NCBI GenBank assembly: GCA_963922595.1
Contig: CAWUIM010000009.1
Span: forward strand, 5,075 to 69,074
From: an uncultured Parvularculaceae bacterium
GTDB lineage: Bacteria; Pseudomonadota; Alphaproteobacteria; Caulobacterales; Parvularculaceae
DNA: 64,000 bases
Direction: 5' to 3'
Made by a program: the position numbers and the translations under genes. Under the pieces are notes generated by a model. The model was not told where the DNA came from. It worked only from the letters and a program-made list of their open reading frames with translations, and did no database searches. Shown here in pieces: positions 52,189 to 61,653 of this stretch (position 1 is the stretch's first letter; the number at the start of each line of letters is the position of its first letter).

Positions 52189-52638
52189 TTACGGGCGAAA
52201 CGCCTGAACTTTTTCAACGAGTTCGCCATATTGCTCGGTCACCGGCTGGGCGGCTTCCTTCGTCAGGCTCATCCAGTGATCGGCGGCCTTGTTGAGCTGT
52301 GCGAGGTTCTTTTCAACGGCGGTGCGCACATAGTCGTTCTGGACCGACAAAGCATCCTGAATGCTTTTGGAGCCTGCGGTTGCTTTCGCAGCAGCGACGC
52401 CGTCTTCAAAGCTCTCTTTGACGAACGCAGTGTGCTCGGTGGCGGCTTTTTCAACGCCTTTCGCAAACAACCCTGCGGAATTCATCACTGCTTCCATTGA
52501 GGACTTCTGGAACTCAACGAACGCACTCATGTTTTCAGCCGCTTTTTCATAGCCTTCTTTGAGAAATTCGGGCGTCGCCGCGGTCATTGTCTCGAAAGCT
52601 TCCGTCATCGACTCTGTTTTCTTCGCATTTGCAGCCAT
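52189..52638 (-). CDS. phasin family protein (PHA granule-associated)
   Basis: 149 aa, Ala/Glu/Lys-rich and helical. MTEAFETMTAATPEFLKEGYEKAAENMSAFVEFQKSSMEAVM is typical of alphaproteobacterial phasins. AGGAGGA lies upstream of the ATG at 52638. Confidence 0.82.
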   Translation of the reverse strand: MAANAKKTESMTEAFETMTAATPEFLKEGYEKAAENMSAFVEFQKSSMEAVMNSAGLFAKGVEKAATEHTAFVKESFEDGVAAAKATAGSKSIQDALSVQNDYVRTAVEKNLAQLNKAADHWMSLTKEAAQPVTEQYGELVEKVQAFRP

Positions 52639-52659
52639 GATTTTCCTCCTCAGAAATTC

Positions 52660-52670
52660 CTGCATGGCAG
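52660..52670. promoter_or_regulatory. CTGC-N3-GCAG palindrome upstream of the phasin gene (candidate PhaR operator)
   Basis: CTGCATGGCAG lies 22-32 nt upstream of the phasin ATG. It matches the CTGC-N3-GCAG PhaR site I recall from Rhodobacter sphaeroides. Confidence 0.35.
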
Positions 52671-52743
52671 AACCCGCCAAAATGGCCCGTTTCTGCCTTT
52701 GTGCAATGCAACATAATGGGCTCGCCGCCAGTGTCAACCAATT

Positions 52744-52762
52744 TTTTGTGCGCCGCACAAAA
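52744..52762. promoter_or_regulatory. 19-bp perfect palindrome TTTTGTGCG-C-CGCACAAAA upstream of the phasin gene
   Basis: 9+1+9 perfect inverted repeat about 110 nt upstream of the phasin ATG. Its core GTGC-N3-GCAC is related to the box at 52660. Confidence 0.3.
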
Positions 52763-53000
52763 TTTTTGATCTCACCTGATCGATCATTCGTAATAGTGAG
52801 CGAGGTCGTTAGGATTGACTAACCATGGTTAACGGAGCGTTTACCCTCTCCCGTCATGATTCGCAGGTCGGTCGAGAACGGCACGGCGTTTGCTGACCTG
52901 AGGTAGGCGTATCTTTGCCGCAGGCTGTCATGCGCCAATTTTCAGGGGTGGCGCTGTCAGGCATATTGCAAAGCGCGCACAGATCAGCGAGGCTTGCGCT

Positions 53001-54401
53001 ATGCATAGAGTGTTGCGTTCTTTTCTATTTGTTGCGTCTATTGCATGCGCCGCGGCGGCTTTCGCCCCGGCCGCGCACGCCAACTCAAAATACGCCGCCT
53101 ATGTGGTTCACGCTCACTCCGGCGACGTTCTTTTCGACCGCTACAGCAACCATCGCCGCTACCCCGCATCGTTAACCAAAATGATGACGCTTTACCTCCT
53201 GTTCGATGAGCTGGAGGCGGGCCGGCTGACCATGGACAGCAAACTCAAAGTGTCCGCACAAGCCGCCGGGCAACCGCCGTCGAAACTGGGTGTCAAAAAG
53301 GGAAGCACCATCACTGTGCGGACGGCGATCGACGCGCTCATCGTCAAGTCGGCGAACGACGTGGCGGTCGTGGTGGCGGAATCGATCTCAGGGTCGGAAT
53401 GGCGCTTTGCGCAAAAGATGACGCAAAAAGCCCGCAAGCTCGGCATGCGCCGGACGACCTTCCGCAATGCATCGGGCCTGCCGAACCGCAAACAGGTCAC
53501 CACGGCGCGCGACATGGCGACGCTCGGTCGGCGCCTGATGCAAGATCATCCGGATTATTGGCATCATTTTTCGACAAAACGCTTCACCTGGAACGGCCGC
53601 ACCTACCGCACCCACAATGCGCTGGTCCGCAGCTTCGAAGGCGCTGACGGTCTGAAGACGGGATATACGCGGCGCTCGGGCTACAATCTCGCGACGACAG
53701 CCAAACGCGACGGTCAGCACCTGATCGGCATCGTGCTCGGCGGACGCTCCGGGCGCACCCGTGACGCGCATATGCGAAAAATCCTGGCTGATGGCTTTTC
53801 CGCCATCAAGAGAAAACCAGCGCTCATCGCCGCTCTGCATCGCGAGCGGCCAGCGCCGCGCATGAAGCCGACGCTCATGGCCAAGCTAGAACAGGAAATG
53901 AAGGCGCCGACGCTTGCGCAAAATAAAGAGCTGAAGAGCGAAATCATTACAGCGGCAGCGCAATTCGGGCCGCCCCCGTCAACAGCCGACGCTTTCAATA
54001 TCGACGAGATTGGCGCGCTGATTTCGGCGTCGTCATCCAATGGCGCAGAAGTGCCGGACGAACTCAATGAATTCGAACGCACACGGCTCGCGGCCTTATC
54101 GCCAATCGACGAGGTTATCGGCCAAGGCGATGTGGAGCCGGACCTCGCATGGAGCGTTCAGATCGGCGCTTATTCGACAAAAGATTTGGCGCAGAAGGAA
54201 CTTGAAGCGGCGGCCATCGCCGGGGAACTGGTCGATCGCATGCGCGCCGTGCAACCGATGGCCGGACCCGACGGCGGATCGCTCTATCGCGCCCGCTTCA
54301 CAGCGCTCACCGAATCGGAAGCAAGCGAGACCTGCGAAATGCTTCGCAAACGGTCGATCAATTGCTTTTCCGTGTTCGATTACACGCCCGAGCAACAGTA
54401 A
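53001..54401 (+). CDS. D-alanyl-D-alanine carboxypeptidase (S11 PBP) with a C-terminal SPOR domain
   Basis: Signal peptide, then SLTK (SxxK), SAN (SxN) and KTG motifs. The C-terminal WSVQIGAYSTKDLAQKE...LYRARF... is SPOR-like. Confidence 0.88.
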   Translation: MHRVLRSFLFVASIACAAAAFAPAAHANSKYAAYVVHAHSGDVLFDRYSNHRRYPASLTKMMTLYLLFDELEAGRLTMDSKLKVSAQAAGQPPSKLGVKKGSTITVRTAIDALIVKSANDVAVVVAESISGSEWRFAQKMTQKARKLGMRRTTFRNASGLPNRKQVTTARDMATLGRRLMQDHPDYWHHFSTKRFTWNGRTYRTHNALVRSFEGADGLKTGYTRRSGYNLATTAKRDGQHLIGIVLGGRSGRTRDAHMRKILADGFSAIKRKPALIAALHRERPAPRMKPTLMAKLEQEMKAPTLAQNKELKSEIITAAAQFGPPPSTADAFNIDEIGALISASSSNGAEVPDELNEFERTRLAALSPIDEVIGQGDVEPDLAWSVQIGAYSTKDLAQKELEAAAIAGELVDRMRAVQPMAGPDGGSLYRARFTALTESEASETCEMLRKRSINCFSVFDYTPEQQ

Positions 54402-54493
54402 AATCCGTCACCTTCTTTCGCTGGCGCGCGCCTTAACCTAAGGTGCCGCCAGAATTCGGCGCTGTGGATGCGGCGCACGAGAGGAGGTCCCCC

Positions 54494-56440
54494 ATGTCGA
54501 CGGATGAACTGTTTCCCGTTTCCGACGAACTTGACAAAACAGCGAGCGTGAACGCCGCCCAGGAACAGACGCTTCACGAGCGGGCGCAAAAAGACCCGAA
54601 CGCGTTCTGGGCCGACGTCGCAAAACGCATCGACTGGATGAGCCCCTTCACAACGGTGAAAGACGTCTCTTACGCCGCCGATGATTTGCACATCCGATGG
54701 TTTGGCGACGGTTCGCTAAACGCCTGCGTGAATTGCCTCGACCGGCATTTGCCAGAGAAAGCCAGTGACACGGCGATTATCTGGGAGGGCGATGATCCGG
54801 ATACAGATAAAAGGATCACCTACGCCGAGGCCTTTGAAGAAACCTGCCGAATGGCGAATCTCTTGAAGGCGCGGGGGGTCAAGCGCGGCGACCGGGTCGT
54901 CATCTATATGCCCATGATCCCGGAGGCAGCTTACGCAATGCTCGCCTGCGCGCGAATCGGGGCCGTTCACTCCGTCGTCTTCGGCGGCTTTTCGCCTGAC
55001 GCGCTCGGCAGCCGTATCGAGGACTGCGGCGCCGTCGCCGTCATCACCGCCGATGAAGGCGTTCGCGGCGGCAAGACCGTGCCGCTCAAAGCCAACGTCG
55101 ATAAAGCGCTTGAGAAAACCGGCGGCGTGCGGCTCGTTCTGACGGTTGAACGCACGGGCGCCGACGTGGCGATGACAGCAGGCCGCGATCTCTTCTGGTT
55201 CGCAGAGGCGCGCGACGATGTTTCGCCGGAATGCCCGGCGGAGGAAATGAACGCAGAAGACCCGCTCTTTATTCTCTACACGTCCGGCTCAACCGGCAAA
55301 CCGAAGGGCGTCCTGCACTCTACAGGCGGCTATCTCGTTTACGCCGCCTACACCCATGAGCTGGTCTTCGACTATCGCCCTGGAGAGATTTATTGGTGCA
55401 CGGCCGATGTGGGGTGGGTCACCGGCCACAGCTATATCGTCTATGGCCCGCTTGCGAACGGCGCGGTCACGCTCATGTTCGAAGGCATTCCCACCTATCC
55501 GGATTATTCGCGCTTCTGGCAGGTCGTCGACAAGCACAAGGTCAATATTTTCTACACGGCGCCGACGGCGATCCGGGCGCTCATGCGCGAGGATAACAGC
55601 TTCGTCACCAAGACCGATCGCTCCTCTATTCGGCTTCTCGGCACAGTGGGCGAGCCCATCAACCCGGAAGCATGGAAGTGGTATTACGGCGTCGTCGGCG
55701 ATGGCCGTTGCCCGGTGGTCGACACCTGGTGGCAAACCGAAACGGGCGGGGTTCTTATATCGCCGATCCCCGGCGCCACGGACCTGAAGCCCGGCTCCGC
55801 CACCAAACCCCTGCCTGGCGTCAAACCGGCGCTCGTCGACGCCAATGGTGAATTCCTGACCGGCGCCGCCTCAGGCAATCTTGTCATCACTGACTCCTGG
55901 CCGGGTCAGATGCGCACGGTCTATGGCGATCATCAGCGGTTTATCGACACCTATTTCAAGACATATCCGGGTCTCTATTTCACTGGCGACGGCGCGCGCC
56001 GCGACGAGGACGGATACTACTGGATCACTGGCCGGGTTGACGATGTGATTAACGTATCCGGCCATCGTCTCGGTACGGCGGAAGTTGAAAGTGCGCTCGT
56101 CGCCCACCCCCAAGTGGCCGAAGCGGCCGTGGTCGGATATCCGCACGACATTAAAGGGCAAGGGATTTACGCCTACGTAACGACGATGGACGGCGTTGAA
56201 GGCTCGGAAGGCTTACGCGCGGATTTGGTCGATTGGGTGCGTCAGGAGATCGGCCCCATTGCAAAACCCGATCTTATCCACTTCACAAACGCCTTGCCGA
56301 AAACGCGGTCCGGCAAAATCATGCGCCGAATCTTGCGAAAAATCGGAGAAAATGACTTCTCCAATCTCGGCGACACCTCGACGCTTGCTGAGCCTGGCGT
56401 AGTTGATGCACTGATTGAAGGGCGGCTGAATCGCGCCTGA
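54494..56440 (+). CDS. acs: acetyl-CoA synthetase
   Basis: 648 aa with [42 protein letters not shown] and [18 protein letters not shown] lies upstream of the ATG at 54494. Confidence 0.97.
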   Translation: MSTDELFPVSDELDKTASVNAAQEQTLHERAQKDPNAFWADVAKRIDWMSPFTTVKDVSYAADDLHIRWFGDGSLNACVNCLDRHLPEKASDTAIIWEGDDPDTDKRITYAEAFEETCRMANLLKARGVKRGDRVVIYMPMIPEAAYAMLACARIGAVHSVVFGGFSPDALGSRIEDCGAVAVITADEGVRGGKTVPLKANVDKALEKTGGVRLVLTVERTGADVAMTAGRDLFWFAEARDDVSPECPAEEMNAEDPLFILYTSGSTGKPKGVLHSTGGYLVYAAYTHELVFDYRPGEIYWCTADVGWVTGHSYIVYGPLANGAVTLMFEGIPTYPDYSRFWQVVDKHKVNIFYTAPTAIRALMREDNSFVTKTDRSSIRLLGTVGEPINPEAWKWYYGVVGDGRCPVVDTWWQTETGGVLISPIPGATDLKPGSATKPLPGVKPALVDANGEFLTGAASGNLVITDSWPGQMRTVYGDHQRFIDTYFKTYPGLYFTGDGARRDEDGYYWITGRVDDVINVSGHRLGTAEVESALVAHPQVAEAAVVGYPHDIKGQGIYAYVTTMDGVEGSEGLRADLVDWVRQEIGPIAKPDLIHFTNALPKTRSGKIMRRILRKIGENDFSNLGDTSTLAEPGVVDALIEGRLNRA

Positions 56441-56459
56441 TGAGGCCGCGTTAGGGTTA

Positions 56460-57332
56460 ATGAGTTTGAGGCGATCGATGCTGATCGACACATTTCGCAG
56501 CCACTCCCCGCACTATTCCTGGCGGGCCGCCATCGCGGCTTATCTCGTATGCGCATTGGGGATCTTCTTCCTGTGCCAGCCGGGGCTCAAATCAATGGCG
56601 CACCAGTGGTTCACCTCCTCCGCATACGGTCATGGCGCGCTCGCAGCGCCGATTGCATTGGGACTCATCCTCTGGCGGCGTGACGACGTCAAAAATGAGC
56701 GCCCTGCATTGTGGCTCGCCGCTCTGCCGCTGCTCGTCGGCGCGGCGGCGCTTTACAGCCTCGGACGCGCGCTGGACGCACAGCTGGTCGAACATGTGGC
56801 GATTGTCCTTCTACTGATCGCAAGCGCCACCTTCTGGTTTGGACTTCACATTACGCGCCTATGGGCGTTTCCGCTCCTGTTTTTGCTGTTCATGGTTCCG
56901 GCGGGCGAAAGCCTCAGCCCTTTTCTTCAAAGGCTAACCGCGCTCGCCACAACGGCGTTGCTCAACATCGGCGGTCTGTCGGCGACGCTCAACGACCTCG
57001 TCATCGCCACGAATAGCGGACGGTTTCATATTGCAGAAGGCTGTTCGGGATTGCGCTTTCTGCTCGCAGCGCTCGTAACCGGGAGCCTCTTCAGCTATTA
57101 CGCCTATGCCCGCTGGGATCATCGCCTTACATTCTTGGCCGCGGCGATCGGCATCGCATTGATAGCAAATATCTTCCGTGTCGCCCTTATCATTATGATC
57201 GCGGCGATATCCGGTCAAAATTCCCCTCTAGTTAACGACCATCTGATGGTCGGATGGGTCTTCTATGCGGCGGCCCTCACGGCGCTCGTCGCCCTCGGCA
57301 TGCGTTTTCGCGCCGGGACGTCTCACGCCTGA
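56460..57332 (+). CDS. exosortase family protein (short, no EpsI fusion)
   Basis: About 8 TM helices. WFTSSAYGHGALAAPIALGLILWRRD N-terminal motif, catalytic-type AEGCSGLRFL, NIFRVALI (Arg) and DH near the C-terminus. It starts 19 nt after the acs stop. Confidence 0.82.
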   Translation: MSLRRSMLIDTFRSHSPHYSWRAAIAAYLVCALGIFFLCQPGLKSMAHQWFTSSAYGHGALAAPIALGLILWRRDDVKNERPALWLAALPLLVGAAALYSLGRALDAQLVEHVAIVLLLIASATFWFGLHITRLWAFPLLFLLFMVPAGESLSPFLQRLTALATTALLNIGGLSATLNDLVIATNSGRFHIAEGCSGLRFLLAALVTGSLFSYYAYARWDHRLTFLAAAIGIALIANIFRVALIIMIAAISGQNSPLVNDHLMVGWVFYAAALTALVALGMRFRAGTSHA

Positions 57333-57335
57333 CGC

Positions 57336-59228
57336 ATGTGTGGGATCGCCGGCATCTTCGACCTGAAAGGCGAGCGCGACGTCGACCGCCGCGCACTCCA
57401 ACGCATGACCGACGCGCTCGCCCATCGCGGCCCTGACGGCGAAGGCTTTTTCACAGCGCCAGGCATCGGCTTCGGCCATCGTCGGCTCGCGATCATCGAT
57501 ATTGAGGGCGGCGACCAGCCGTTTCATTCCACTTCCGGAAACAGCACCATAATTTTCAACGGCGAGATTTACAATTTTCAGGCGCTCGCCAAAGAATTGA
57601 CCGCGCGCGGCGCCGCGCTGCGGACGCGTTCCGACACTGAAGTCCTAGTCGAAGGCCTCGACCGCATGGGCGCCGAATTCGTCAGCGACCTTCGCGCCAT
57701 GTTTGCGTTCGCTTGGTGGAATGCACATACGAAGACGCTCACCCTCGCCCGCGATCGTCTTGGCGAGCGACCGCTCTATTACGCGGAGACGAAGGACGGC
57801 TTCTTATTATTCGCATCAGAAATCACTGCAATCGCCGCGTCCGGTCTCATCGAGTTGCGCCACTGCCCCCGCGCGATGATGGACTATTTTCATTTCGGGT
57901 ATGTGCCTGACCCCAAGTCAATCTATCGGGGCGTGAAGAAACTGCCGCCAGGCGCAATGATGACGGTCCGTCGAGGTCATGATCCGGCGCTTTCGCGGTA
58001 TTGGGCCCCGGCTTTCACAACTGGACAATCAAACGACTTTGACGGCGCCAGCGAAGAACTGCTTCATATCCTCGATGAAGCGGTCCGCCTACAGATGATA
58101 TCGGACGTGCCGCTCGGCGCGTTTCTCTCCGGCGGCGTCGACAGCAGCGCCATCGTCGCGTCGATGGCCCAACATGCGAACGCCATCATGTCGTGCGCAA
58201 TAGGCTTTGATGAGGCGAGCCACGATGAACGCCGCTTCGCGCGCGCTGTCGCTGCGCAATACAAAACCGATCACCGCGAAGAAATGGCGACCATCGACGC
58301 CGCGCAGGATATTCCTGCAGTCGCGGCCGCGTTCGGCGAACCGTTCGCTGACGCTTCCGCCCTGCCCACATTCGCCGTCTGCCGCCTCGCGCGACGCCAT
58401 GTGACGGTCGCGCTTTCCGGCGATGGCGGCGACGAAGTCTTCGCCGGATACCGCCGGTACCCGTTCTTTCTCGCGGAGGAGCGCGCTCGATCGCTGGCCC
58501 CCGCCGGTATCCGAAAGCGGACCTTCGGAGCGCTTGGCGACGCTTATCCCAAACTCGATTGGGCGCCGCGGCCTTTGCGGTTCAAGACGACGTTGCAAGC
58601 GCTCGGCGAAACCCGAGCCGGCGCCTACTTCCGCGCAACCGCGATCAATTTACCGGAGCATGTGCGTGGGTTTTTGACGCCCGACTTTATCGACAGCCTG
58701 GAAGGATACGATCCTGTCACCGTAATTGAGGAAGCAGCGGCGGACGCGCCTGACGATCCTTTGCTGTGGGCGCAACATGTGGATCTCGCCACCTGGCTGC
58801 CGGGGCGTATGCTGACGAAGGTCGATCGGACGTCCATGGCCAATTCCCTCGAAGTACGTCCGCCGCTTCTTGATCACAAGCTTGCGGAATGGGCGAACGG
58901 GCTGTCGCCTGCGTCCAAACTTGGTCCAGGCCCGGACCACAAAACCACCGGAAAGCGTATTTTGAAGGCGGCGAACCGCGCGCGCCTTGATGAGGAAATT
59001 CTCTATCGCCCGAAACAAGGGTTCGGCTTGCCGATCCGTCAGTGGCTGGAGCCAGGCGGCGCCTTGTTTAATGACTTTCTGGCGTCATCACGTTGGCGCC
59101 AAAGCGGAATCGTTAATGACGCAGCTGTCGATCGAATGGCGGCTGCGCAAAAAACAGGACGACGCGACTTCTCTCAGGCGCTTTGGACGCTAATGATGTT
59201 TGACGCTTTTTTGGCGTTAGCACCCTAA
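57336..59228 (+). CDS. asparagine synthase (glutamine-hydrolysing)-type amidotransferase, exosortase-associated
   Basis: MCGIAGIF Ntn start and the SGGVDSS PP-loop. 630 aa. It lies 3 nt after the exosortase gene. Confidence 0.9.
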   Translation: MCGIAGIFDLKGERDVDRRALQRMTDALAHRGPDGEGFFTAPGIGFGHRRLAIIDIEGGDQPFHSTSGNSTIIFNGEIYNFQALAKELTARGAALRTRSDTEVLVEGLDRMGAEFVSDLRAMFAFAWWNAHTKTLTLARDRLGERPLYYAETKDGFLLFASEITAIAASGLIELRHCPRAMMDYFHFGYVPDPKSIYRGVKKLPPGAMMTVRRGHDPALSRYWAPAFTTGQSNDFDGASEELLHILDEAVRLQMISDVPLGAFLSGGVDSSAIVASMAQHANAIMSCAIGFDEASHDERRFARAVAAQYKTDHREEMATIDAAQDIPAVAAAFGEPFADASALPTFAVCRLARRHVTVALSGDGGDEVFAGYRRYPFFLAEERARSLAPAGIRKRTFGALGDAYPKLDWAPRPLRFKTTLQALGETRAGAYFRATAINLPEHVRGFLTPDFIDSLEGYDPVTVIEEAAADAPDDPLLWAQHVDLATWLPGRMLTKVDRTSMANSLEVRPPLLDHKLAEWANGLSPASKLGPGPDHKTTGKRILKAANRARLDEEILYRPKQGFGLPIRQWLEPGGALFNDFLASSRWRQSGIVNDAAVDRMAAAQKTGRRDFSQALWTLMMFDAFLALAP

Positions 59229-59235
59229 CCGTGTC

Positions 59236-60342
59236 TTATTCGTTCAGCGACCTGAAGAGGGCATCATACTGCGCGGCCATTTTTTCGAGCGAATAGTCAT
59301 CTGCAGCTTTTTTTGCGTTGGCGCGGCCGAGTTGCGCACGCAGAGCCGGCGCCGCCGCTAACTCCGCGATTGACGCCGACAAGGCGCCCTCATCCTCGCG
59401 GGGGGTAATGAAGCGCTTGTTTTCTTCAGAAACCATGTGGCGAATATCGCCCACATCCGTCGCGACAACAGGCAGGCCCGCCGCCATCGCCTCGATTAAG
59501 CTCAGCGGCATCTGTTCGGTGTCAGACGACATCACAAACAAATCAAACGATGCGTAGGCCGTTTCCGGCTCGGAGGTAGCGCCTGGCATTTCGACGTTGA
59601 GGCCTAAAGACGCCGCTTCCTGTTTCAACAGATCCGTCTCCGGACCATCGCCGACGAGACTAAGGCGCATGTCAAGCTCCTCGCTTACCTCTTTCACCGC
59701 TCGCAATAGCCGGCGAAAATTCTTCTCCGGCCGCAATGCGCCCACCGAGCCAATGACGAAACTCCCCCGATCATAAACACGCGCCGGAACACTGAAACGC
59801 TCAATGGAAACGCCGTTCGCGATATAGCGCACCTTTTGCGGCGAAAGGCGCCACTTCTCCAAGGCGAGCCGCTCAAGCGTTTTCGATGGCGTAACGACGA
59901 TGGACCGCCCGAGCGCCAGACGACGGAAGACCGCCCTCTTCGCCAGCTGTCGGTCAACGCTCTCATCCGGCCCGAAGCCATCTTCGAAATGAATATGCGG
60001 CTTCCTCGGCCCAATTCGGTTCGCAATGACCGCTTCAATCGAGCCCCAATTGTACGTGCAGACAATATCCGGATCACTTTCGCGAATAGCCGCTTTCAGT
60101 TCCGTAAGGGCGCTGACGCTGACGAACGAGGATTTCGGCGGGGTCAGGGCGTCAACTTGCGCATCCATCAGATGCGCCGCGCTAATGTCTGCGCCGAGAG
60201 AGATAATATGATGCGCATACGCATCGCCGAGGCTCTTCGCCAACAGCGCCAGCCGAACCTGTTGTCCGCCAAAAGCAAACGAAGGGAAAAAATGCAATAA
60301 GCGCAGCGGCCGCGCGCGCGCCGCGCGATCCGGATCGTTCAT
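59236..60342 (-). CDS. glycosyltransferase family 4
   Basis: GT-B fold C-terminal motif SDTEQMPLSLIEAMAAGLPVVATDVGDI (EX7E). 368 aa. Confidence 0.85.
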   Translation of the reverse strand: MNDPDRAARARPLRLLHFFPSFAFGGQQVRLALLAKSLGDAYAHHIISLGADISAAHLMDAQVDALTPPKSSFVSVSALTELKAAIRESDPDIVCTYNWGSIEAVIANRIGPRKPHIHFEDGFGPDESVDRQLAKRAVFRRLALGRSIVVTPSKTLERLALEKWRLSPQKVRYIANGVSIERFSVPARVYDRGSFVIGSVGALRPEKNFRRLLRAVKEVSEELDMRLSLVGDGPETDLLKQEAASLGLNVEMPGATSEPETAYASFDLFVMSSDTEQMPLSLIEAMAAGLPVVATDVGDIRHMVSEENKRFITPREDEGALSASIAELAAAPALRAQLGRANAKKAADDYSLEKMAAQYDALFRSLNE

Positions 60343-60396
60343 GCCTACACTCGAGATATCACGCGGGCCCAGAATAATGCAGGGTTGGGCGCGCGA

Positions 60397-61035
60397 TCAA
60401 TTGTTAACTGTGCTCGAATGTTCTCCAAGACTGCCCTCCGCGTCGCAGTCCGGCGCGTTGTTCGGGCAGAGCAATACTTCGCTCACAAGGCGCGGCCATC
60501 GCTTTGTGGTTTTGTTGAAGGAGATCGGCTGACCAAGAATTCGATTCGAGATACCGCTCGTGAAGTCATAGCTCGCTTCCGCGACAAGCACTGACACTCC
60601 AGGAATAAGAATATCCTCATCGTCAACCAAGGCGAATTCGCTGCCAATCGCATAAGGCTCGCCGCCCGAATGGTCTCTGCTCCATTGGACAACGGTTTTA
60701 TCCGGATCGCTTGGATAGCGAATGACACTCGTCAGTCTGAAATCAAGTGTTGAAATATCGTTCGGTTCCAGGATGCGTTGGGCGCCGGTGAAAATATTAT
60801 CGATCTCCGCCGGTGTTGTTTTCTCCGCCTGTCCAACCAAATCAACAATCGCGTTCGAGGCCTGCGACACGCGCCGGTCCACCGTAAACGCGTCCGATGT
60901 CTCCAGCATTCCGAAAAATAGGAGAACCATGACCGGCAATAACATGGCGAATTCGGTTGCGGCGATGCCGGACGCATCACGGCGCAATCCGTCAGCCGAT
61001 CTTCGGAGTAAACACTTTTTATTTTGCGTTCCCAT
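60397..61035 (-). CDS. TadE/TadG-like pilus assembly protein
   Basis: GIAATEFAMLLPVMVLLFFGMLETSDAF TadE-like N-terminal segment. I chose the ATG at 61035, with GGAG upstream; the track starts at a TTG at 61050. Confidence 0.75.
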   Translation of the reverse strand: MGTQNKKCLLRRSADGLRRDASGIAATEFAMLLPVMVLLFFGMLETSDAFTVDRRVSQASNAIVDLVGQAEKTTPAEIDNIFTGAQRILEPNDISTLDFRLTSVIRYPSDPDKTVVQWSRDHSGGEPYAIGSEFALVDDEDILIPGVSVLVAEASYDFTSGISNRILGQPISFNKTTKRWPRLVSEVLLCPNNAPDCDAEGSLGEHSSTVNN

Positions 61036-61052
61036 AACGCCAGACTCCAATA

Positions 61053-61625
61053 TTAAATCGAGCTTCCACCCGAGCCGTTTCTATTGTTACGCTCGTAGGG
61101 TTCATTTTTTATGATGTAACTCGACATAATGCGTCGCCGGCCGTTGCTGCTGGCCAGATTAACGCCGATCGCCGGATTAAGCGTATCGTAGATCAAGCAA
61201 AGCCTGATCCGGACAATGTCCTGTTCGCCGCCCGGATCGACAATGATATCATCGACATCATCCGGATCATCGTCGCGGCAGAGCATGGGGTCTTGATCCG
61301 CTGCAAGCGCCGCGAAATTTGGGTAAGTCTTCACTTCAGCCGTAAGGCGCTGATCGCAATCTCCAAAATATTCAAGACGAGGGCAAACCTTATCATCCAA
61401 GAATCGTTCGACGCTGAATGACGAATTCCCGCGCACCTGGCCTGTCCGGATTTCCCGCGCGATGTTGATTGCCGCAGCATCGACGCTTGAGTTGACGAAA
61501 TAGAACCAACCGACCTCAAACGTTGAGAACATGACCATTAGGAAAACGGGGACGACGATAGCAAATTCAATCGCCGCGGATCCGTCCTTGCTTCTGCGCA
61601 AACGAGTAAGTGGGCTCTTGATCAT
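61053..61625 (-). CDS. TadE-like pilus assembly protein
   Basis: GSAAIEFAIVVPVFLMVMFSTFEVGWF TadE-like N-terminal segment. Confidence 0.8.
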   Translation of the reverse strand: MIKSPLTRLRRSKDGSAAIEFAIVVPVFLMVMFSTFEVGWFYFVNSSVDAAAINIAREIRTGQVRGNSSFSVERFLDDKVCPRLEYFGDCDQRLTAEVKTYPNFAALAADQDPMLCRDDDPDDVDDIIVDPGGEQDIVRIRLCLIYDTLNPAIGVNLASSNGRRRIMSSYIIKNEPYERNNRNGSGGSSI

Positions 61626-61653
61626 TTTACGTGCCTTTTTCTCTCAGGGCGAC

